DNA of 13,984 nucleotides from Gemmatimonadota bacterium. Lineage in GTDB: Bacteria > Gemmatimonadota > Gemmatimonadetes > Palauibacterales > KS3-K002. Positions 1 to 7,828 of the stretch are shown here, piece by piece. The notes beneath the pieces are model-generated. The model did not search any database, was not told where the DNA came from, and saw only the letters and a list, made by a program, of their open reading frames with translations. Positions within the stretch are counted from its first letter, which is position 1, and every line of letters begins with the position of its first letter. Position numbers and translations under genes: made by a program. The stretch spans positions 1 through 13,984 of the forward strand of contig JBDHJS010000068.1 in the NCBI GenBank assembly GCA_039586795.1, read 5' to 3'.

Positions 1-30
1 ACGCTCGATCCGATAATCGCTCTTTGCCAT
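1..30 (-). CDS. 5' end (partial) of probable class II fumarate hydratase / aspartate ammonia-lyase
   Basis: Minus-strand ATG at 30, preceded by GGAG, reads MAKSDYRIER off the window edge. This resembles the 'YRIExDsmG' N-terminus of FumC/AspA. Only 10 codons are visible. Confidence 0.55.
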   Translation of the reverse strand, partial: MAKSDYRIER

Positions 31-113
31 CCCTGAGCTCCGTTTCTCGCACACGGGCTCCCGGCACGAGGAGTGTACACTGTTCAACGTAAAATAATAG
101 GCTAGTCAGGTGG

Positions 114-162
114 TGTACGATAGACGGTAGACGGTGGACGGACGTCCGTCGACGTCGACGGC
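114..162. repeat. Heptamer tandem repeat plus overlapping palindromes (composite intergenic element, copy 1)
   Basis: tgtacga-tagacgg-tagacgg-tggacgg (114-141); perfect palindromes gacggacgtccgtc (137-150) and ccgtcgacgtcgacgg (146-161). Confidence 0.7.
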
Positions 163-250
163 GTGCTAGCAGGCTTGATTATTCGTGGCGCCTCAGGTCG
201 GGCAGAGCACAAACGACGCCTGGCGAATTGGCGTTTGGACGGCAGCACTG

Positions 251-415
251 GTAAGGCAACTCGTTTGGTCCAAGGCCAACGTGATCTGGCTCCGGGTCCT
301 CATCGAACTGCACCGTATCGATCTCGTCTCTGCCCCTCAGTGCGGCCTTAGCGACGCGATGCATGCCATCCATCACGGCCCCACTAGACGGGAGTACTAT
401 CGGAAACGATCGGGT
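251..415 (-). pseudogene. 5'-truncated fragment of a ParB/Srx-like domain protein
   Basis: Frame reads *TRSFPIVLPSSGAVMDGMHRVAKAALRGRDEIDTVQFDEDPEPDHVGLGPNELPY, with the ParB-like 'PIvl...vmDGxHR' motif. There is an in-frame TAG immediately upstream (416-418), so the N-terminus is missing. Confidence 0.6.
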
Positions 416-538
416 CTAGAAGTAGTACTGCTTTCGCACAAGCAATCCCACTCGACGCCTGATGCCGCTAGAGCCGGCCTCAACTGCTCCTATAGAGTCA
501 CGTTTGCCCCCCCGCGACATTCTCCTACCTGGTGAAAG

Positions 539-838
539 CTAGGCCTCGACTTTATAGATCTCGCGGCGACCGTTGACCAGCAGATCGTGATATCCCGCCA
601 TGGCTGCCTTCGCGCTTGCATCCGACATCAACTGGGACTCGATTTCCCCGAACGAATCGAGGCTCTCGTATTCGTGCTCGAGCACCAACGTCCAGAAGGG
701 CTCGCCGGCCACATCCGTATAGATCCGGAGTGGCGCGAGCCCCATCGACTGCCTCACCTCGTCCAGAGATTTGAACTTGTTAACGAGTGCGCGAACATTT
801 CCAGGCCTGCAGCTGAGAACCTCCCGGATCATGAACAT
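539..838 (-). CDS. NIPSNAP-like / dimeric alpha-beta barrel protein (99 aa)
   Basis: AAGGAGG Shine-Dalgarno before ATG at 838; MFMIREVLSCRPG...YTDVAGEPFWTLVLEHEYESL...GRREIY pattern. The ORF-track start at 1009 is probably too long. Confidence 0.7.
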   Translation of the reverse strand: MFMIREVLSCRPGNVRALVNKFKSLDEVRQSMGLAPLRIYTDVAGEPFWTLVLEHEYESLDSFGEIESQLMSDASAKAAMAGYHDLLVNGRREIYKVEA

Positions 839-1053
839 CGATTCCTCCTTGGCTTGCGGATGGTACTGCACAACCGTCGGTAACTTTGGGCTGCGGTTTG
901 CACAGATCTTCTCAGTCAAACGTGTCCGCGCCGCCGCTTGTTCCTTCCGGGCGGCTCTACCAGAGGCCAAGTCGATCTCCCACGAGGAGATGAAGAAGAG
1001 TACCGGCACAAAGAGTGTTCCCTTTGAACTTCTGAAGATAGGGTGGGGAGGGG

Positions 1054-1150
1054 TGTGCGGTAGGCGGTAGTCGGTAGAAAGTGGACGGAAGCCTCACCGC
1101 CCGTCCACGTAGACGTCGACGCCCCGTCGTCGCCCGCGCCTCACGCCCCG
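1054..1150. repeat. Composite intergenic repeat element, copy 2 (heptamer tandem, hairpin, segment shared with 12948-12990)
   Basis: tgtgcgg-taggcgg-tagtcgg-tagaaag-tggacgg (1054-1088); inverted repeat gtggacgg/ccgtccac (1081-1088/1101-1108); 1106-1133 matches 12948-12975 at 24/28. Confidence 0.65.
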
Positions 1151-1351
1151 CCCCAACGACTCCAACATCAAATCACCATTGAACGTTGCTCTCGCAGACG
1201 CGGGATGAGGACGAGAGCGCGGACGAAGCGTCAAACTCGCTGCTCCAATGGCGTGAATCGTGAAGCCGACATGATCGTGAAACGCAACGGCAAGCGCACT
1301 ACGCCGATCGGACCGTGGAGCGTACAGAATCTTGCCGCCCACCGGCGCCGA

Positions 1352-1432
1352 GTGTCTCGTGACGCATCCCGCTGAGTCGACCAAGACACCGTCCAGATCG
1401 AAGAGTATCGCGTTGCACTCCAGGCGAGTCAC
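1352..1432 (-). pseudogene. N-terminal fragment of a HAD-superfamily hydrolase
   Basis: GTG at 1432 reads VTRLECNAILFDLDGVLVDSAGCVTRH (HAD motif I, DxDGxLVDS). No further HAD motifs follow and the frame runs into repeat DNA. Confidence 0.65.
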
Positions 1433-1438
1433 AAGCGT

Positions 1439-1463
1439 CGTCAGCTTCTCTTGTGGGTTGGGC
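1439..1463 (-). repeat. Probable orphan R''/L'' half of an attC site
   Basis: Minus strand GCCCAAC-ccacaaga-GAAGCTGACG is an RYYYAAC with the same 8-nt spacing to G(A/C)AG as the intact sites (GCCTAAC-atgcaaat-GAAGTTG; GCCTAAC-aagcgttt-GCAGCGG). No partner half is present. Confidence 0.4.
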
Positions 1464-1490
1464 ATCGCCGGACCCGATCAGCTCGCCTGC

Positions 1491-1532
1491 TTGACGACGT
1501 CAGGAATGGCGCTTACTTTGCGTTACAAAGTA
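1491..1532 (+). promoter_or_regulatory. Sigma70-like promoter with an overlapping operator-like palindrome
   Basis: TTGACG (1491-1496), 17 nt, TACTTT (1514-1519). Inverted repeat TACTTTG-N5-CAAAGTA (1514-1532) covers the -10 and start site, upstream of the 1596 gene. Confidence 0.55.
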
Positions 1533-1595
1533 CTTGTGTGGCTCAATCCGTACCAGCATGGCTGGCACCGGCCGCAAATGCATTGGGAGGTAGCA

Positions 1596-2075
1596 ATGAA
1601 GAGATGGCTGCGACGCATCCGCGGCGCAATCGGCATGGGTCTGACCTGGGCGTTGGCATGGTTCGGCGCCGGCCTGATCCTCCTGGCCGTTGTCGGCTTT
1701 GGCGCCGCCGACGTCCCGTTTCCCCTCTTCTTTGCCCTCCTCGGCTTCCTTGCCGGCGTCATGTTCTCTGGCGTCCTCGGGATAGTCGAGGGCCGGCGCA
1801 GGTTTGACCAGATGTCGCTTACGAGATTCGCAGCGTGGGGAGGTGCCGCGGGTCTTCTGTTGGCCGGGGCCCTTGTCTTGGCCGCAGCGCTTGGATGGGA
1901 TGCTCTTGTGGTGTTGGGACCAGTGTTCGCGCTGGCGGGTGCGGGCTCCGCTGCGGGTTCGCTGGCCCTGGCCAGAACGGGGGAGGACAGAGGATTGCTC
2001 GACGCCAGCATGGACCCGGGCGAGGACGAGCTCGTAGAAGGTGAGGCGCAGGAGCTGCTCGGAGGCGGGGGCTGA
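1596..2075 (+). CDS. Hypothetical integral membrane protein (~4 TM helices, 159 aa)
   Basis: GGGAGG SD before ATG at 1596; MKRWLRRIRGAIGMGLTWALAW..., four Gly/Ala-rich hydrophobic stretches and an acidic tail. This is the only convincing plus-strand gene. Confidence 0.8.
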   Translation: MKRWLRRIRGAIGMGLTWALAWFGAGLILLAVVGFGAADVPFPLFFALLGFLAGVMFSGVLGIVEGRRRFDQMSLTRFAAWGGAAGLLLAGALVLAAALGWDALVVLGPVFALAGAGSAAGSLALARTGEDRGLLDASMDPGEDELVEGEAQELLGGGG

Positions 2076-2145
2076 CCTCTCCACGTGGCTCCAGTCTAGG
2101 GCTTGGACAACGTTGCTCGTCCGGTTGTTGGCCGGTGGCCGAGCG

Positions 2146-2622
2146 CTAGGCAGAGTCCGCTCGAAGATCTTCCATCTGGGCTCGATGGTAATGATAGTCG
2201 GCCATCAGATCGTCCACGGTACTCCTCACCGTCAGCGTCTCGCCGTCGTGCCGGACCCCGAAGTCGTGGTCCCAGGTGTCAGGATCAAGTTCTCGAAGGA
2301 AGGCGGTCAACTCCGCTGTCGATGCGGCCAGGCTCTCCAGCAGCGCGGATCGATCCGTATCCGCGTACTCCCGAACGAGCTCAGCGTTCACGTTTGAGTA
2401 GTCAGGACCGGGATCCACATCGTAAAACGGCAGCTCGCCGCGCATGATCTGTCTGGCGCCCCTCACAATGTACCGGTTCCACCCGATCAGGTGAGCCACG
2501 ATATCCCGCGCCGTCCATCTATTCATCTCTCTGAGAAACAGAACTTCGTCGAGCGAAGCAACGGAACCCGCGAACGCTGCGACGCACGACTCGAGCTGGT
2601 CCAACTGTTCCTTTAGGGTCAT
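2146..2622 (-). CDS. DinB/YfiT-like (ClbS/DfsB-like) four-helix-bundle protein
   Basis: WTARDIVAHLIGWN motif and a C-terminal DYHYH His cluster, typical of the DinB superfamily; AGAGG SD. Confidence 0.8.
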   Translation of the reverse strand: MTLKEQLDQLESCVAAFAGSVASLDEVLFLREMNRWTARDIVAHLIGWNRYIVRGARQIMRGELPFYDVDPGPDYSNVNAELVREYADTDRSALLESLAASTAELTAFLRELDPDTWDHDFGVRHDGETLTVRSTVDDLMADYHYHRAQMEDLRADSA

Positions 2623-2669
2623 GGTTGGGCCTCTATCTTGGAACGCTTGCCGGCGGAGTCAGTCAGCGT

Positions 2670-2733
2670 GTCCAACGACCGTATTGCAGAAGAACCCACC
2701 CGACTGCGGAGCGCGCTGCAAACGCTTTTAGGC
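2670..2733 (-). repeat. Degenerate short attC site
   Basis: Minus: GCCTAA(-)AAGCGTTTGCAGCGCGC...CTGCAATACGGTC-GTTGGAC. R'' has lost the C of AAC; the R''/L'' end matches the 115-bp family; R' GTTGGAC fits GTTRRRY. Confidence 0.65.
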
Positions 2734-2757
2734 TGCGCCATCTCAAAAGCACAGCAA

Positions 2758-2865
2758 CTACTTCTTCTTCTCTGAATAGACAGACACAAACCACAGCGCG
2801 CCAATCCCCAAAAAGAAAACTCCCAAACCCCCAAGGAAATGGCCGAGTGCTACTAAGTTCTCCAT
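2758..2865 (-). CDS. Small single-pass membrane protein (35 aa), not in the ORF track
   Basis: GGAGG-atgat-ATG, then MENLVALGHFLGGLGVFFLGIGALWFVSVYSEKKK-TAG: a hydrophobic Gly-rich helix with a basic tail, ending 24 nt before an attC R''. Confidence 0.7.
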   Translation of the reverse strand: MENLVALGHFLGGLGVFFLGIGALWFVSVYSEKKK

Positions 2866-2928
2866 ATCATCCTCCGCTCTGCGCGGGCGCGCCCGCAATG
2901 TAGGGTCCTTCCTCGAAGCGCTTCCTAT

Positions 2929-4230
2929 CTACCGAAACAGCGACGTCACAATCTCCCGGGCGTAAGCATGCACCCACAGTGTGCTCTGGTACGCGGAGGA
3001 GAACCAGACTACGACGGTATCCGTCTCAGGCGAGACGCACAGCGCCTGACCCGATCGCCCGGACTTGTAGAGATCGCCGTCCGGAAAGACGGCGTCCCAC
3101 TGATACGAGGCCCCCATCCCGATGTTGCCGAAATCGCGAATCATACGATCGCCCATGTTGTTTCCGGCGAAGATCGCCGGGTCTGAGGCGTCATAGACCT
3201 TGGATAGGTAGCCCTCCGACACCACACGCTCATCCCCAACCACGTCCCAACTCGGCGTGAAGAGCATGCCATAGCGCGCGAAGTCGCGCAGGCGGGACGC
3301 GAAGATTCCGAAGGCCGAGGGCTCCCCGCTAGGGGAAAGCCCAAGCAAACCATCGCCCTCCATTCCGGCCCTGCTCCAGACCCGTTCGGTGAGCGCGTCG
3401 TGGAACGCCATTCCTGTGAGTCGCTCCACCAAGAGTACGAGCGCGTACGTGTTGAGCGACGAGTACTCGAACAGAAAGCCCGGCTCACGGAGTGTTCCGG
3501 CCGCCGTCATGCTGGCCAGGAAGGAAGGGTCCGCGCCCTCGGCCCCGGCGAACGTGGCATAGAAGAGCGTGGTCGGGTGTCCGGGCGTTCCCAGGCTGGC
3601 CTCACGGATGTCTAGACCCGACCGCTGGTGGAGAACATCGGCCACGGGGATCTCGGCCCAAGCTGTGAAGTCCAACTCCGGCAGGTAGCGTGCGATCGGG
3701 GCCTCTAGGTCCAAGAGGCCCTCCTCTTCCAGTTGGTGGACCAAGAGGCCCGGGATGGTCTTCGTAGCGGAAGCCCACACGTGCGTATCCCAGGGGCGGA
3801 TCCCGACGTATTCCTCGTAGACCAGCTTGCCCTGGTGGACGACGGCAATGGCGCGCATGCGGGATCGCGGATCGTCCATCATCTCGCGAAGTGTCATCGT
3901 CCCCAAGTCGGTCGTCGCGGTGACGTCTTGGATCTCGGGCATCGGCGCACTCTCGAGCGGGACCGCTGGTCCTGCGCGGCTGACCAGAGCGGTCGGGAGC
4001 ACCTCGCCAATGTGCACGACCGCATTGGCCCCCACGTCCCCGGCTTCCGTCAGAGACCCACCGTCATACGCCCTGCGGTAGCGGAGGCTCTCCTCGGCGG
4101 AGTATCCGTCCCGCCACGTCCAAACCGGAATGAGCCCAGCCGGTATGGTGTAAGCGTCCTGCGCAGACGCGGACGCCGTCGCCGACAGAGCGACCAGAAA
4201 GGCAACGAGTCCTGCCCTTGCCGTCTTCAT
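2929..4230 (-). CDS. Secreted serine hydrolase, beta-lactamase/NylB-like family
   Basis: Signal peptide MKTARAGLVAFLVALSATASASA; SxxK (ASATK), F-x-YSS and KSG motifs. GGAG SD supports the start at 4230 rather than 4299. Confidence 0.85.
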   Translation of the reverse strand: MKTARAGLVAFLVALSATASASAQDAYTIPAGLIPVWTWRDGYSAEESLRYRRAYDGGSLTEAGDVGANAVVHIGEVLPTALVSRAGPAVPLESAPMPEIQDVTATTDLGTMTLREMMDDPRSRMRAIAVVHQGKLVYEEYVGIRPWDTHVWASATKTIPGLLVHQLEEEGLLDLEAPIARYLPELDFTAWAEIPVADVLHQRSGLDIREASLGTPGHPTTLFYATFAGAEGADPSFLASMTAAGTLREPGFLFEYSSLNTYALVLLVERLTGMAFHDALTERVWSRAGMEGDGLLGLSPSGEPSAFGIFASRLRDFARYGMLFTPSWDVVGDERVVSEGYLSKVYDASDPAIFAGNNMGDRMIRDFGNIGMGASYQWDAVFPDGDLYKSGRSGQALCVSPETDTVVVWFSSAYQSTLWVHAYAREIVTSLFR

Positions 4231-4324
4231 GCGCTGGCTCCGTTTCGGTGTACTTCGACTTGTCAGGTAGTGCGGGCCACAGGAACGAAGGAGGAGCACA
4301 GCGTCCTGAACCTGGTCCCCGGAT

Positions 4325-4386
4325 TCCTAACGTTTCTTTGTTTCAGCGGCGCCGTGACGAAGTCGTGGCGTCGCGAGAACGTCTAT
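4325..4386 (-). repeat. Truncated attC (L'/R' half of the 115-bp family)
   Basis: tcctaacgtttctttgtttcagcggcgccgtgacgaagtcgtggcgtcgcgagaacgtctat matches the first ~62 nt of the intact copies, then stops abruptly inside the 3' end of the DUF885 ORF. Confidence 0.85.
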
Positions 4387-6127
4387 CCCCGCCCCCGCCT
4401 CCCACCAGAATCGGATCCTTCCGGCCGGACATTTCCCAGCGCACAAGCGTGTGCGGAATGACGCCGGCGTCAAAGTAGTCGTCGAAGAAGCTTCCGACGG
4501 TGAACGCGTCCCCACGCTCTAGGGCTACCTCGGAGACCAGTTCCTCGAGCTGGATCTTCCCGGTCACGTAGCTCGTGCCGTAGCCCGGCTGACGGAGGTA
4601 GAGTTGCTGCTCGCCCCGGACCAAGTCGGCGTCCGGGAGCCAACCCCGGGGCGTCCATCGCCCCGCGTACTCTACCGCCTCTTCCATCGTGAACTCGTTG
4701 CCCAGGAGGTAGAGGCCGGCGAGCGCCCGTGCAGCCCGCTGCGCGAGCATGATCCAGACGAGTTCGCGCGAGCGGGGAAAGTCGTCGTAGAGCCCGGCGT
4801 GCATGAACATCTCCTCCACACCCGTCGCGAGGCCTTCCGAACGGTCGTCGTAAATGTTGTAGAGGGGCGGGGCGCTCCGGATCGGACTCGGGTGCGGCCT
4901 CTCCTTGATGCGGGCGAGCTCGATCCAGTGGTGCTTGTGTGTCAACAGCACCATGGGGTCCCGGTAGTTCACTTCCTGGAAGAAGTTCCGGAGTTCGTCC
5001 GGGCCCGCGGGGGTGAAGGTCCCCATCTGCGCGCGGAGCGCGGGGTCCATCCACTCCTCTATCGTGTGGATTTCCTCTTCATCCAGGAACTCCATATACC
5101 GGGTGACCGCGGCGTTCAGACGTCGGTCGTACTCTTGGGCGTCGTCGATGCGCTCGAGCTCGGGGAGGTCGCGGTTCCGATTCTCCTCCAGCCGAAGCGA
5201 TGAATGCGCCCGCGCGAGCTCCCGACGCATGAGCGTGAGCTGTTCCTCCCAGGAGAACGGGACGAGGTGGACGTTCTGCATGTACCAGGTGTAGTTGTCC
5301 TTCCCCACACCCGAGGCTCCGGTCTTCGAGGGGGCTTCTTCCTCGAGCCACCCGATGAAGGCTTCCGTAGCCTCACGTGCGGTGACGATCGCCGCATCGA
5401 GTTCGGCGCTCGTTCCTCCGACCCGCTCCCCCAGGCTCTCGAGGTCCGCTACCTGCCCGCGGAATGAGCGGGGGCTCGCCAGCCAGAGATCGCGTGCATT
5501 CCCTGTGAGGTTGACCCGGGCTTGCTCCAGGATCTGCGAGGTGGCCCCGATGCGCTCCGCGAGCTCCTCGGCATCTTCTGCGGACAGCGGATAGTCGTAG
5601 AGCCAGAGGTCGATCCACCCGTGGATCGCCGGGCCCTCATGGGCGGGCACATCGCTCTGCGCGGGGTAGATGGTGATGTAGAAGGCGGGGTCTCGCTCCC
5701 AGGGCCGACGCACACGGTGGTCGAATTCGAGGCCGTTCATCTCCGCCCGCACAAGGTGCCAGTCGATTTGTTGGGCGACGGGCCAGCCCTCGACGTCGAA
5801 GCCGTCGAGCCGGTCCTGCCACTCCGCGAGAGCCGTGCGCTGCGCGGCCATCGCACTCGCGGAGTAGTCGGGCACGCCATCCACGAACTCGGGCATTTCG
5901 AAGGCGCGCCACTCGTCGAACAGGGCGAGGAGATCATCGTAGGTGCCGCCGGTGGATGCCTCCTCGCGGGCGGGCGCGCAGGAAATCGAGGCCGCGATGA
6001 TCCCAGTCAACGCTAGGGTCACGAGAGTCCTAGATCTCGCCGCCGGGTGGACCGGGGTGAGTTGGGTGCGGCGCGGGATGCGGGAGTCAAGCATCGATCG
6101 CTCCTCGGCACGATGTCTCGTAGTCAT
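4343..6127 (-). CDS. DUF885-family (metallopeptidase-like) exported protein / lipoprotein
   Basis: 594 aa; GGAGGAG SD; hydrophobic segment ending ...AASISC; EGLATGVEE and QPGYGTSYVTGKIQL segments resemble the DUF885 'EGWA..E' and 'PGQA.sY..G' motifs. Confidence 0.75.
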   Translation of the reverse strand: MTTRHRAEERSMLDSRIPRRTQLTPVHPAARSRTLVTLALTGIIAASISCAPAREEASTGGTYDDLLALFDEWRAFEMPEFVDGVPDYSASAMAAQRTALAEWQDRLDGFDVEGWPVAQQIDWHLVRAEMNGLEFDHRVRRPWERDPAFYITIYPAQSDVPAHEGPAIHGWIDLWLYDYPLSAEDAEELAERIGATSQILEQARVNLTGNARDLWLASPRSFRGQVADLESLGERVGGTSAELDAAIVTAREATEAFIGWLEEEAPSKTGASGVGKDNYTWYMQNVHLVPFSWEEQLTLMRRELARAHSSLRLEENRNRDLPELERIDDAQEYDRRLNAAVTRYMEFLDEEEIHTIEEWMDPALRAQMGTFTPAGPDELRNFFQEVNYRDPMVLLTHKHHWIELARIKERPHPSPIRSAPPLYNIYDDRSEGLATGVEEMFMHAGLYDDFPRSRELVWIMLAQRAARALAGLYLLGNEFTMEEAVEYAGRWTPRGWLPDADLVRGEQQLYLRQPGYGTSYVTGKIQLEELVSEVALERGDAFTVGSFFDDYFDAGVIPHTLVRWEMSGRKDPILVGGGGGDRRSRDATTSSRRR

Positions 6128-6178
6128 TTCTCCTCCAGCGGCTGGGGCATTCGTTCTGCCCTTCCACTTTGTCAGTAT

Positions 6179-6293
6179 CAGAAACGGTTCTTCGTTTCAG
6201 CGGCGCCGTGACCACCCAATGGCGTCGCAGGAGCATCTATACAGAAGAGTCTACTCCAATGCATAGCGCGCCCGCTGCAAACGCTTGTTAGGC
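6179..6293 (-). repeat. attC site, 115-bp family (non-consensus R' GTTTCTG)
   Basis: Full-length match to the other copies; R'' GCCTAAC at 6287-6293; R' keeps GTT but not RRRY. Confidence 0.9.
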
Positions 6294-6321
6294 GGAAGCG
6301 ACCTCTGCAGCCGCACCAAGC

Positions 6322-6750
6322 CTATGGAATAGAGTCGGCTAGTTCGACCCGCCAAAGACGCAGTATGTTCACGCCTGGCGTGGCCTCTTCATCGGTCGGC
6401 CATTCAGGACGAATACCATCCATGGGCCGCAGAACCCACATCAGTGTCTTGCCGTCACTCGATTCCTCGCACCGCACGAGCGTTTTCCATGGCGCCATCG
6501 TCGTGTCTTCGAACTGAAGGTCAAACCAGATAGGGTCTCTTGAGAGATCGACCGTATGGCTGAACGGCATCGCTTCGACTTGATCTCTTATGTAGCCCCT
6601 GCCTCCCTCTCGAATCACCAGGCGGCTCGGAGCAGTGGTCGACCTTAGGTCCCAAACACCCGCCAAGCTGAAACCTTCCGGACATAGCGATTGGGGCCCC
6701 GTACTAGCGACTGCTGCGTCTAGAAGTGCGAATAGAAACATCCAGGTCAA
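6322..6750 (-). CDS. Hypothetical exported protein (cassette gene)
   Basis: GGAGG SD before TTG at 6750; hydrophobic N-terminus; fills the space between two attC sites. Confidence 0.7.
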   Translation of the reverse strand: MTWMFLFALLDAAVASTGPQSLCPEGFSLAGVWDLRSTTAPSRLVIREGGRGYIRDQVEAMPFSHTVDLSRDPIWFDLQFEDTTMAPWKTLVRCEESSDGKTLMWVLRPMDGIRPEWPTDEEATPGVNILRLWRVELADSIP

Positions 6751-6780
6751 CTGCGGCCTCCAGAGTATGCAGAAGCTGCG

Positions 6781-6835
6781 GCCTAACGGTTCTGCGGATA
6801 AGCTGCGAACGCAAACTCACCAGCTGCAGAACCGT
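6781..6835 (-). repeat. Partial attC, second family (R'/L' half only)
   Basis: gcctaacggttctgcggataagctgcgaacg...caccagct resembles 7657-7701; no intact R'' (gttRRRY on +) before the upstream gene's stop at 6906. Confidence 0.7.
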
Positions 6836-6905
6836 AGAGAATTCAACGCAACTGTTGATAACGTCTCATGAATACGCTTTCTTCACCGCTAGCCGCCAGG
6901 CCCAC

Positions 6906-7625
6906 TCAGTAGATGCCGGGAACAAGCCGAAAGTGAACACGCCGCGCATACTCGCGGTAGCCTGGTAGCTCTTCCTGAAGCGTCTGGTCTTCAAGTGCGG
7001 TCCTAATTACCAGGATGACAATTGCTACGACTGCCGGGATGAGTGTCCACAATGATCCCAGAGCGAGTGCAATGCCAGGCAGAGGCAGTAGGTGGCCGGC
7101 ATAACCCGGATGCCGTATGATGCGATAGGGGCCAGTATCACAGACAACATGGCCTCGGTCCCTTTGAATGCGGACTACGCTGGCAAAGTAGGGGTTCTCC
7201 ACCAATGCCATTGTAGCAAACGCGTATCCAAAGGTGACCAAGATCAGGCCGAGAATGTTGAGCCACGTTGGGAACACTGGCGACCAACTGTGACGGTGAT
7301 CCAACCCTGCGACGATGAAGAGCGGCAGAGATATGCTCACCGCCGTAAGTGGCGCAAGGACCCTGTCCCATGGCTTTGCGGCGTGCAGCTTCTCAAGACT
7401 CTGTCGTTCGGCGAGCAATCCCGGATGTCGCCGGTCCGCCCAAAGGCGCCCGCCTATGCCGGTTACAAGAAACACAAGAGTATAGGCCCACGCCTGCCAC
7501 CATCGGAGATCCGACGCTGGAACCCAAAGAGCCAGTAGCAAGATGACAAATACGATAAGAGAACGAGTCAGAAGAACCAGCATCGACGTTCGAGCCGGCT
7601 CTTGGTCATGACGTGTCGGTTTCAT
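6906..7625 (-). CDS. Isoprenylcysteine carboxyl methyltransferase (ICMT/PEMT) family membrane protein
   Basis: Multiple TM helices; ENPYFASVVRIQ..H.V..TGPY.IIRHPGY and RT.LED..L.EEL.GY..Y motifs; GGAGG SD. Confidence 0.88.
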   Translation of the reverse strand: MKPTRHDQEPARTSMLVLLTRSLIVFVILLLALWVPASDLRWWQAWAYTLVFLVTGIGGRLWADRRHPGLLAERQSLEKLHAAKPWDRVLAPLTAVSISLPLFIVAGLDHRHSWSPVFPTWLNILGLILVTFGYAFATMALVENPYFASVVRIQRDRGHVVCDTGPYRIIRHPGYAGHLLPLPGIALALGSLWTLIPAVVAIVILVIRTALEDQTLQEELPGYREYARRVHFRLVPGIY

Positions 7626-7656
7626 GCAATGCCTCCGATCACGATGACCGTGCGCT

Positions 7657-7789
7657 GCCTAACGACTCTGCACATAAGTTGCGAACGATAGTTCACCAGC
7701 TCCACGGAATAACTTGGTGTCATTGATTTCACCATGCGCACAAAACGATTGGTCCCCCAGCGTTCGCCAACTTCATTTGCATGTTAGGC
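7657..7789 (-). repeat. attC site, second family (133 bp)
   Basis: gcctaac (7657-7663) ... gttaggc (7783-7789); inner arms aagttgcgaacg / cgttcgccaactt pair with one extra base. Confidence 0.88.
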
Positions 7790-7828
7790 AGCCACCGGCG
7801 TTCATGTGCCGCCCTGCTCATCTCAACT

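Noticed and set aside
200..245. gtttggac (minus GTCCAAAC) after the ParB-like fragment as an attC R''
   Set aside because: Imperfect core with no recognisable L boxes or R' partner.
1332..1595. Long N-terminal extension of the plus-strand membrane ORF
   Set aside because: It is antisense to the HAD fragment and spans the promoter; the strong SD is at the 1596 ATG.
2883..2906. gcgggcgcgcccgc palindrome plus aatgtaggg as an attC remnant or terminator
   Set aside because: It shares gcgcgcccgc with the attC family but lacks an intact GTT core and a U-tract; too degenerate to call.
2929..4230. Serine hydrolase as a true beta-lactam resistance gene
   Set aside because: Fold-level motifs only (SxxK, YSS); more like esterase/amidase NylB-type members, and activity cannot be inferred from sequence.
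4325..6185. IS1111-attC element or group IIC-attC intron inserted in the attC
   Set aside because: The intervening ORF has no transposase or reverse transcriptase motifs, and the missing attC half is not found on the other side.
2968..6266. Numerous overlapping plus-strand and alternative-frame ORFs
   Set aside because: These are shadow ORFs typical of GC-rich coding DNA, with no motifs or SD support.
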